A stretch of 54,282 nucleotides of DNA from Thermocrinis sp. (GTDB lineage: Bacteria; Aquificota; Aquificia; Aquificales; Aquificaceae): the NCBI GenBank assembly GCA_009903855.1, contig WYEK01000027.1, positions 1 to 54,282 on the forward strand, written 5' to 3'. A model generated the notes under the pieces. The model had not been told where the DNA came from and made no database searches. It saw nothing but the letters and a program-made list of their open reading frames with translations. Positions 46,715 through 54,282 of the stretch are shown here, piece after piece. The number at the start of each line of letters is the position of its first letter. Positions within the stretch are counted from its first letter, which is position 1. The position numbers and the translations under genes were made by a program.

Positions 46715-48050
46715 TCAAGAACCTCCTTAGGTATTCCATACCCAATATCATAGAAAACATTAAAGCAAACATATAGCCATAACCGTAAAAGTATGCTCCC
46801 AGAAATTGAGTTAGGAGTGTAAAGACAAAGTTTAGCAAGGCAAAAGTAAAAGTCATTTTAACCAGCTCCCTCCTTAGGTCAAAGTAAGAAAGAAGGGCAT
46901 AAATAACTATGTATCCCATCAGGAATACATTGGCAACGAGAAAAATCTCAAACAGTGGAATGTAGGCGGTTGGCAGTTTAAGAAACCTAAATATATACTC
47001 GTGAATGAAGATGAGCAGTATGGCAGTAAGGGCTTGAAACCTCAAAGTTTCAAAAAAGGCTGAGCGGGCACTTTCTATCATCTTGTTTGCGAACCTGTAA
47101 AGGTCATCTAACCTTCCCCAAGTTCTGACCGCCTTGTAGTACGCGTCGTAGTTATCAAAAAACTCCAACTCAATCTTCAGAAAAGCCACCGCAAAACCGG
47201 GCACTATTGAAATAAGAGCCAGGGTAAAGGGCACATCGTAAATGACAGACGCCTTCATGTTCCCCAGCACATGGCTTCCCGTTATTGGGTTGTACCAAAA
47301 CACATACTTGTCTATCCAAAGACCTAAGTTGGCAAAAAATCCGGTTAGCATCAAGCTTTTGTAAAGCCTATCCTTTTTCAAAAAATCAAACTCCAGAAGT
47401 TTTTGGGACCTATAGTCCCTTGCAACTCTGAAAAGTATTAAAGATAGCAGTAAGGTCTGACTAAAATAAAAGCTAATCATAAGCCAGATTAATCCAAGGT
47501 TTGATAGAAAAATTACCCCAAGCCCTGCTATTGAGTACGAGATAGCAAAAGATACGAATATGTGCTTGTAGCTCTTCAATCCAGTAAGTAAAGCGTTCAC
47601 TACCCAAAGAACGGAAAGGGTAGCAACGGTAAAGCTGAATATCACGTGGTAATAGTACGGATATCCCTTAAAGAAGAAAAAAGACAGCAGAAGGGCTATC
47701 AAGAAGCTGTAGCTTGCGGTCAGTATTGCCACACCGTGGGTGTTTGGAAGAACCCTTTCAAACTCCTTTTCAAAGAGCCTGTCGGATATATACCTTGTAA
47801 AGGAAAGCTGGAAAAAGCCCGAAAGAATCAGGCTCAAGGAAACGCTGTAGGTGATGTAGATCTGGTATTTGATTAAAGTATCGCTTGCGCCCCAAAGTTT
47901 TTCCGCTATGTAGGCGGATATAAAAATGCTGAGTATGGCAAAGAGCCAATTGCCTGTCCCCAGGACCGCAGAGTAGCCCACCGCCAAAAGGACTCTTCCC
48001 AGCTTTCCCTCTCTGTAAAGCCTTCTTAACTCTAAAGAAATGCCCGCCAT
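46677..48050 (-). CDS. pelG: Pel transporter PelG
   Basis: MAGISLELRRL start, TRYISDRLF, GLWIDK, YDVP, YGYG. Confidence 0.92.
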   Translation of the reverse strand: MAGISLELRRLYREGKLGRVLLAVGYSAVLGTGNWLFAILSIFISAYIAEKLWGASDTLIKYQIYITYSVSLSLILSGFFQLSFTRYISDRLFEKEFERVLPNTHGVAILTASYSFLIALLLSFFFFKGYPYYYHVIFSFTVATLSVLWVVNALLTGLKSYKHIFVSFAISYSIAGLGVIFLSNLGLIWLMISFYFSQTLLLSLILFRVARDYRSQKLLEFDFLKKDRLYKSLMLTGFFANLGLWIDKYVFWYNPITGSHVLGNMKASVIYDVPFTLALISIVPGFAVAFLKIELEFFDNYDAYYKAVRTWGRLDDLYRFANKMIESARSAFFETLRFQALTAILLIFIHEYIFRFLKLPTAYIPLFEIFLVANVFLMGYIVIYALLSYFDLRRELVKMTFTFALLNFVFTLLTQFLGAYFYGYGYMFALMFSMILGMEYLRRFLNDVHYRTFALRE

Positions 48051-48052
48051 GG

Positions 48053-49552
48053 CTATTTTCCTAAATATTTTCTATACACGCTTCTGTAGTTCTCTATAAA
48101 TTTGTCAAAGCGGTAAAACCTTTGGACCCTCTCAAGCCCAGCCCTTTGACAGTTTTTCCAAATTTCTTCGTTAGTCAAAAGTTCGTAGTATGCCTTTGCA
48201 AGCCCTGTTGCATCACCCACAGGAACCACCTCTCCCGCCTTACCTATTTCTATGTCTTCTTGACTCAGCCCTCCATAGATAAGTTGCCTGCAGGAACCTA
48301 CGTCGGTGGTGACACAGGGCACACCGCTTGCCATAGCTTCCAAAACCGTCATGGGCATACCCTCGCTAATGGAGGTCAGTGTAAATACCCCCGTTTTGGG
48401 CAGAATATCAACTATTTTTTGAAAGCCTAAGAATTTTACCCTATTTTCAACTCCAAGTATTTTTGCAAGCTCTTTGCACTCTTGGGCGTATTCGGGCTCC
48501 TCGTCCTCGGGACCCACCACCCAACCCTCCGACTCGGGTAGGTGTTGGCACAGCAAACTCATAGCCTTTATAAAGGTTTTTATATCCTTTATGGCTACAA
48601 CCCTTCCTATCAGAGAGACCACCTTCGGAATTTCCTTTGGTCTTTTTTCTAAAAGCTTTGAAAGTCTATCCACATCCACGCCGTTTGGTATAACCCTTGT
48701 CTTTTCGGGCGGACAGCCCCAGCCTATTTGCTGTTTTCTTGCATCTTCAAATAGTGAAAAAACTTCCACAGCGGTGTAATATGATATTTTCCCAAGATTT
48801 ACAAACATCTTTATCCAAAGCTTTCTGAGGGTGTCTATGTCGTATTTTTTTGATAGGTACCTGTATTGAACTCCTATCCACTTTGCGTTTAGAATATCTA
48901 TCTTTCTTTCCTTTGTGTAGATCCCATGTTCCGTAAGGACAAAGGGTATTTTATATTCTCTACTCATCAGACTACCCAAAAAGCCCGCATAACCCGTTGA
49001 TGGACTGTGAATTAAGCCTATTTCTTTTTTGTCCAGGCTCATCCCAAGTTTTGCCACCACAAACAGAGGTGCAAAAAGGTTTCTCATGGTCCAAAAGTAA
49101 TCCACAAAGGGAACATCAATTTCCAACTCTTCGTAGAGTTCCTCTATGAGCTCCCAAGATCTTTTGCTATACAAAAAGTCCTCGTATGAAACTTCATTAA
49201 AGTAAGAAAAGCTAACAATCTCCTGCCAATGCTCTTCAAAGGTTTTGTCGTCAAGAAATATCTTTAGAAGTTTTACCCTTTCACTTTCCCTTTTGGCTTT
49301 TTTTGTTTGAACATTTTCCTCCTCTGAAAACATATACACAGCCTCAAGATAAACCAAGTTGTCTGGGAGCTCGTAGCCAACACCTTTGTAATCTTCGGGT
49401 CTTGAGCCAAGAAAGAGCACTCCAAAGTTTAGGTCCCTCATCCCGGTGATTATTTGATGGATCCAAGTGGATACTCCTCCCTTTATAAAGGGATAGGTTC
49501 CCTCCGCTATAAAGAGCACATCTATATGGGTTTGTTTATCTACAAGCTTCAT
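48053..49552 (-). CDS. pelF: GT4 glycosyltransferase PelF
   Basis: EGTYPFIKGGVSTW, HSPSTGYAG, TEHGIY, IKDIKT, SISEGMP; ATGA overlap with pelE. Confidence 0.93.
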   Translation of the reverse strand: MKLVDKQTHIDVLFIAEGTYPFIKGGVSTWIHQIITGMRDLNFGVLFLGSRPEDYKGVGYELPDNLVYLEAVYMFSEEENVQTKKAKRESERVKLLKIFLDDKTFEEHWQEIVSFSYFNEVSYEDFLYSKRSWELIEELYEELEIDVPFVDYFWTMRNLFAPLFVVAKLGMSLDKKEIGLIHSPSTGYAGFLGSLMSREYKIPFVLTEHGIYTKERKIDILNAKWIGVQYRYLSKKYDIDTLRKLWIKMFVNLGKISYYTAVEVFSLFEDARKQQIGWGCPPEKTRVIPNGVDVDRLSKLLEKRPKEIPKVVSLIGRVVAIKDIKTFIKAMSLLCQHLPESEGWVVGPEDEEPEYAQECKELAKILGVENRVKFLGFQKIVDILPKTGVFTLTSISEGMPMTVLEAMASGVPCVTTDVGSCRQLIYGGLSQEDIEIGKAGEVVPVGDATGLAKAYYELLTNEEIWKNCQRAGLERVQRFYRFDKFIENYRSVYRKYLGK

Positions 49553-50514
49553 ACCCATGCGGAGATTAGAGCCATTCTTCTGGGATTAACTGAACAGGTT
49601 CCTCTGTATTTCGCTGAAACTTGTTTCAATTCCTTGAAATTGCGAAGTTTATACAAAGCTTCCAACATGTAAGGTAAAACCTTAACGGGTTCCATACCCA
49701 AATCCAAAGCCATCTTGAAATGTTCATACGCCCTTTGATACTCTCTTGAATTCAGCTCCATTCTTCCCATTAACATGTAAAGACTGGGATCCTCTTTGAT
49801 TTCTAAAGCCTTAATAACATAATCTTTAGCATTATCCAAGTACTTTTTTGCTATTTGTTCTTCCATAAAACCTAAGTAATAAACATCCCAATTTAGAAAT
49901 GCCAGTGCCCTGCACACAAAAAATTTAACATCTTTTCCTAGATCTTGACCTTCTAAAATTTTTTCTAATTCGTATATTAGCTCTTGAAGGTATTTTTCGG
50001 CGTTTTTCAGATAACTGTTGGCAAGCAGTCTCAGTTCGTCGTTATCAGAAAAGAGGAGTTCCTTAAAAAATCTTACTGTCATAGGATGGTAGAACTTGGT
50101 GAAATATACTACCCTTTCTAAGTCTTTCACTTTTGCGAATCTTAAGCTTCCTTCTCCGAGCCTTCTTTCTTCCGAAAGAATCCTAACACTAAAGACTAGC
50201 TCGTAATTGACCTCTTTTACAGGAGCTGGCGCTTTTGAAATTTTTGTATAGATCAAAATTATCACACCAAACGAAACTGCAAACGGTCCGAGGAAGAAAA
50301 ATATGGAAAAGCTAAGGATTAAAGCATATCTGTAAGGGTATTTATAAAAGATTTTTAAAATCCCAGCCACCATTGTGGCGAGCAAAAGGGACGCAATAAA
50401 GTGAGAAAAGAGATAGGTTATAAATCCGAATACAGTTGGATATTTTATCAGTGTATACAATCCTGTCGTTTCTAACAATATCACCAGTAGTAATTTTATA
50501 TAATCACTGCCCAT
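49549..50514 (-). CDS. pelE: PelE-like membrane/TPR protein
   Basis: N-terminal TM helices, SDNDELRLLA HEAT-like motif, C-terminal TPR; lies between pelD and pelF. Confidence 0.75.
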   Translation of the reverse strand: MGSDYIKLLLVILLETTGLYTLIKYPTVFGFITYLFSHFIASLLLATMVAGILKIFYKYPYRYALILSFSIFFFLGPFAVSFGVIILIYTKISKAPAPVKEVNYELVFSVRILSEERRLGEGSLRFAKVKDLERVVYFTKFYHPMTVRFFKELLFSDNDELRLLANSYLKNAEKYLQELIYELEKILEGQDLGKDVKFFVCRALAFLNWDVYYLGFMEEQIAKKYLDNAKDYVIKALEIKEDPSLYMLMGRMELNSREYQRAYEHFKMALDLGMEPVKVLPYMLEALYKLRNFKELKQVSAKYRGTCSVNPRRMALISAWV

Positions 50515-51679
50515 CGCAAAACTCCTCAAGGGGTTTTATGTCTTTTACCTTCAGAAAGTCCATGTTTTTACTTATCCTCTCTATGAACCTTTTAACTCCT
50601 TCCCGTGGTGTTATTGGTAAAAGGACAAACACTTTGTCTTCGTTCATACAAACCCTGTCCAAACCTTTAACCATGCTCTTTAGCTTAACCAATTCTTCCC
50701 TTCTTTCGGGAGGATATTCAAAAACAACCACAAAGGAGTCTATTCCGAGGCGTTCTTTTAGCGATCGCATCCTGTAAGCTTGCAGTTCAAACTCCCTGTC
50801 GCAAAACTTTGTGCAGGAAAAGCCTGAAGCTTCAAAGGCTATACCGTCTCCGTAATATTCCAAAAGAACCATTATGTAGGATAGCGCCTCCTCGTTTATG
50901 TTTAAGAAATCCATATCCTTTATTGCGAGTAAAAACTTGCCCGCATAGGATTCTGCCACCACAAGGGCTATAAAGTTAAGCTCTTCGTTCATAACCTTTC
51001 TCAGTATGTCTTTAGGTGGAATATAAAAGGATCTGTTCAGCTCCAAGGCTTCTTGAATTAAAGGGTCTTCTTCGTCTACCTTCACACCACCACCCCACTT
51101 TTCCAAAGAAATGAGCTTTCCATCTTCGTACTTGTAAAGTTCTGCGGATATAACGCCAAAGAAATCTGATATCAGCTCCATGAAAGCCTTTGAAGAGGGA
51201 ACTTTAAACTTTTCTAAGATATTCCTTACGCTGTAGGGAGAAAGCACAAACTGTCTTTCCAGCAGGTCGTACTCAAACTTTAGGCTAAAGAGCTGTCTCC
51301 GATAAAGTTCCGCCATCTGTTCTGCATAAGTCTTATCCGCAAGTGCAAGCTTTATTTTTTTATCCCATATGTATCTAAACTCAGAAGACAAAAGGGCAAA
51401 AAGGAGGTTCTGCAAGAAATTGTGTAAAGGAAACGGTTGATAAAAGAAAAAGTATCCTACGGAGAGAAAAGATATTAGCACAATAGCTCCAGAGTATCCA
51501 TAGTAAAGGGAAAGGGCAACCACTAAAAGGTTTATTAAGTCATGTCTACTTTTTATAAAGAGTGGGTCTTCTCGGTTGAAATACCAACCCAAAGCTAACA
51601 AAAGAGTGGTTAATAGGAAAATTTCTACGAATATAACCTTTTCAATCGTTATTCTTTCACCAAGCCTAAAAGCCTGCAT
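50504..51679 (-). CDS. pelD: PelD-like c-di-GMP receptor (TM + GAF + degenerate GGDEF)
   Basis: DPLF, LYYG, LERQ...PYSVR, DPLIQEAL, KGLD, LLPIT; follows pelC. Confidence 0.82.
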   Translation of the reverse strand: MQAFRLGERITIEKVIFVEIFLLTTLLLALGWYFNREDPLFIKSRHDLINLLVVALSLYYGYSGAIVLISFLSVGYFFFYQPFPLHNFLQNLLFALLSSEFRYIWDKKIKLALADKTYAEQMAELYRRQLFSLKFEYDLLERQFVLSPYSVRNILEKFKVPSSKAFMELISDFFGVISAELYKYEDGKLISLEKWGGGVKVDEEDPLIQEALELNRSFYIPPKDILRKVMNEELNFIALVVAESYAGKFLLAIKDMDFLNINEEALSYIMVLLEYYGDGIAFEASGFSCTKFCDREFELQAYRMRSLKERLGIDSFVVVFEYPPERREELVKLKSMVKGLDRVCMNEDKVFVLLPITPREGVKRFIERISKNMDFLKVKDIKPLEEFCDGQ

Positions 51680-52164
51680 TAGAAAGTTCGGTTTAAAAGC
51701 TTTTGGGTAAGGGTTCCCAAGGATTCATGCACCCAACCACTACCGGATACTGTAACGTTTTTAACAACTTTGTTTTCTTTTGCATCATAGACAAAGATGG
51801 TTATACTTACCGCCGGCTCGCCATCCAAGCCTGTTTTGTATCTGAACTCATTGACGGAACCATACACTACGTATCTTGCACCGTTCTTTACTGCACTTTC
51901 CTTTAACTTTTCAATCTCTTCTTCTGAAGGTTCCCTTTCCTTTATGGACCAAACCCTTGGGATCAGGTTGTAGCCCTTGCTTGCAAGCACTCCCTCTAAA
52001 ATGGATGCTACCCTGTAGCCTGCGTAGGGTGTCTCTGTGTAGTTTTCGAAGGGTAGCACCGCATAGGGCTCTCCCTTTATAGGGAGAGTAGGTGTTTGGT
52101 TCACAACCCTTGCACAGCCTACAATCAGGAAGAGAACCAAGACTGCAAAATATACCCTTCTCAT
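51679..52164 (-). CDS. pelC: PelC lipoprotein
   Basis: Lipobox IVG-C, LPFENYTETPYAG, GSVNEFRYKTGLDGEPAV. Confidence 0.9.
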   Translation of the reverse strand: MRRVYFAVLVLFLIVGCARVVNQTPTLPIKGEPYAVLPFENYTETPYAGYRVASILEGVLASKGYNLIPRVWSIKEREPSEEEIEKLKESAVKNGARYVVYGSVNEFRYKTGLDGEPAVSITIFVYDAKENKVVKNVTVSGSGWVHESLGTLTQKLLNRTF

Positions 52165-52219
52165 TTTTTACCTCCTTACAAAGTTTAAAACTTCTCTTTG
52201 AGACGAAGATGTTTGCTCA

Positions 52220-54282
52220 TTATTTATTCTCCTTCACTTCTCTTAGCTTTGGAGTGTGAATAAAGTAGTATCTATAGATAAAATACGGGTATATTATAGT
52301 CTCTTTTATACCGCCCGTGTTATTTCTAAAGGATAGTCCCAAGGATAGATTGTCTTTGCCAAAAACCGCACCACCCAAACCCATTTCTGTGGATATACCC
52401 AAACTGCCAAGGGAATTGTAAGCTAAGCTTGCATCAAAAAAAGGTCTCCAAAAGCGTGTGTATGAGTCTTTGTGTTCAAAGCCAAAGGAAAATCCCAGAC
52501 CGACCGCATAGTAGTTCTCCGGTAGCACCCTAAAAGTGGTAAAAGGAGAAAGTTGCTCTATAACTCCCTTGCTACCCGCTTTTTCCCTGTAATTGCCATA
52601 GCCATAGAACACCCTTAGTGTGTAGTCAGGATAGCCAAACCTTAGCTTATATTGAGCTTGATTGTACGTGTAAAAGCCCGTTCCTAACCTTTTTATATCC
52701 TGCGAGTAAAACTCATTGACCTCTAAGCTGGAGTAAAAGCCAAGCCTACTGTAAGGAGTAAATGTTAGGCTAAGCTTAGCGTAGTTTTTTAAACCGCCAA
52801 GCTCAAGGTAAAGGCTTTCTGTGCTGGGCTGTCTGTATCCAACCTCGAAGCCCGCCGATAATCCGCTAAATAGGTAGGACTCTCCAAAGAGACGGAAATT
52901 TACTGCCGACCTGAGCCTTTCCAACTGTCCTATTCCAAAGCCAATGTATCCCCTATCAAACCGCCCGCGTAAGTAAATCTCTGCTTGATAACCCCCTACC
53001 TTTTGTCTTATGACTTGATCATCTTTATATGTGGGTTGAAAGGTGGAAGACCTAAACCCAACGGAGTAGTTGGTGTCTCCCAATTTAGTTTCTACCTCCA
53101 GTCTTTCGGTGAACTGTCCGTAAGCTTCTCTCTTTTGATGGGATGCTTCCAAGCTTACTTTGTTTGATTCTTGCACCGCCAAGTCTCTGAACTGTTTGTA
53201 AAGTTGGTAGTCATACTGGTTTTCCTCCAGACCCTTAAAGGCAAGCTCTAAGGCTCTCCTTGGCTGACCCACTCGCTTTAAGGCTTCCACCCTATCCCTT
53301 ATGGGAAGGGCTTCTAACTTACTTTCTAAGAGTTGTAGTGCCAAATACCTATCGTCCTGCCAGAGGGCTAAATTTAGCCACATCCAAGGCTTTAGTGGAT
53401 ATTTGTATAACCTTTGCTGTATAATTGCCTTCTCCCTTTGCTCTTTTGAAAAGAGATAGGCAAAGTATATATCTTTCCAAACTGCATCAGAAAGAACTCC
53501 CTTCGCTCTTTGGAGTTTTTTCTCAAAGACCTCCGGATTTTCAAACTCCATAGCCAAGGATAGGTATAACCTCAATTTCTCAAGGTCATCCAGAGGTAAT
53601 CCACCGCTTGTTAGCTCTCTGTATGCTTTTAGCTTTATAGCTTTGGCTTCCTCCTCCATACCCATCACGTTAATAATGTCTGCATAGAGTAATGGATCCT
53701 GGGAACCAGATAGTTTGTAATAATTGAGGGCAGTTTGACCCTGCTGTAAGAATATGTATGCTACCGCATAAGCTTGGGCTACTGAAGGATTCCTTGCGTA
53801 TGCTTCATATTCCTTTAGGGCACTTTTTAGCCTTTCCACCCGTTGGGCTTCCACCAAAGAGTAGATGTAAAAGGAGACAAGCTCGGGAGCTTTAGCCTTT
53901 GCCAAAATTTTTTCTAACTCTTCAAGTGCTTCTTCCTTTTTACCAAGCTGTTGTAGAGCAAGCAAATAGGAAAACACGGTATTTACGTCATCCTGTAGCT
54001 TGTCTCTGTAGTCTTTAAAGATAGCAACGGTTTGATCGTATAATCCCAAAGCGTAAGAATAGTAAAGGGCAGTTTTCAAAAGTATTAGATCCTCAAACTT
54101 TTTGTAGCCCTCCAGCGCAAGGGAAACTGCCCTTTTTGAACCCTTTCTAAAGTATATTTCGGATAGTCTGATGTAATCCGCCACCTCACCCTTGGAAAGG
54201 CTAATTAACTGTTCGGAAGCCAAAGCTGTAGCATCGTAATCTTGTAGCATCCAGGCAAGGTCGCTGAGGGTTCTGTAAAATT
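52220..54282 (-). CDS. pelB: PelB TPR + outer-membrane beta-barrel (5' end outside window)
   Basis: Frame stays open to the window edge (FYRTLSDLAWMLQ); TPR helices, then barrel strands; PDYTLR, TRFWRPF, GGAVFGKDNL, YRYYF. Confidence 0.85.
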   Translation of the reverse strand, partial: FYRTLSDLAWMLQDYDATALASEQLISLSKGEVADYIRLSEIYFRKGSKRAVSLALEGYKKFEDLILLKTALYYSYALGLYDQTVAIFKDYRDKLQDDVNTVFSYLLALQQLGKKEEALEELEKILAKAKAPELVSFYIYSLVEAQRVERLKSALKEYEAYARNPSVAQAYAVAYIFLQQGQTALNYYKLSGSQDPLLYADIINVMGMEEEAKAIKLKAYRELTSGGLPLDDLEKLRLYLSLAMEFENPEVFEKKLQRAKGVLSDAVWKDIYFAYLFSKEQREKAIIQQRLYKYPLKPWMWLNLALWQDDRYLALQLLESKLEALPIRDRVEALKRVGQPRRALELAFKGLEENQYDYQLYKQFRDLAVQESNKVSLEASHQKREAYGQFTERLEVETKLGDTNYSVGFRSSTFQPTYKDDQVIRQKVGGYQAEIYLRGRFDRGYIGFGIGQLERLRSAVNFRLFGESYLFSGLSAGFEVGYRQPSTESLYLELGGLKNYAKLSLTFTPYSRLGFYSSLEVNEFYSQDIKRLGTGFYTYNQAQYKLRFGYPDYTLRVFYGYGNYREKAGSKGVIEQLSPFTTFRVLPENYYAVGLGFSFGFEHKDSYTRFWRPFFDASLAYNSLGSLGISTEMGLGGAVFGKDNLSLGLSFRNNTGGIKETIIYPYFIYRYYFIHTPKLREVKENK

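Noticed and set aside
1-54282. CRISPR array, rRNA or prophage
   Set aside because: No regularly spaced repeats, rRNA signatures or phage genes seen; nearly all the sequence is accounted for by the listed genes.

Overview
A dense, mostly housekeeping window from a thermophilic Aquificaceae bacterium (Thermocrinis/Hydrogenobacter-like). The assignment is inferred from a protein-only RNase P (HARP), the alpha subunit of a split LeuRS, an Aquifex-type SQR and a cytochrome c552 close to that of Hydrogenobacter. From left to right: IS982-like transposase tail and a decayed inverted remnant; diguanylate cyclase; sqr and a lipid-tethered poly-Gln cytochrome c; rpsT, murJ, tRNA-Leu; acpP-fabF-rnc; a bioA-pyrC-PBP1A run; an MNT-HEPN toxin-antitoxin pair; a TonB-dependent receptor-exbB-exbD-tonB-phoD operon behind a Pho-box-like promoter; mqnD-moaA-radA, a two-component system and aroA; HARP; a gnd/pgl deletion scar; a LipS2-like radical SAM-FUN14-ubiX operon; an iscU-thiouridylase-tusA-nfu operon; leuS alpha; and a Pel exopolysaccharide operon. 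The pel operon appears circularly permuted, with pelB split into two genes at opposite ends. The most notable items are this pel arrangement, the Pho-box TBDR-PhoD system, the gnd/pgl scar and many leaderless-looking promoters. All calls come from motif recognition and recalled family knowledge; no searches were run.
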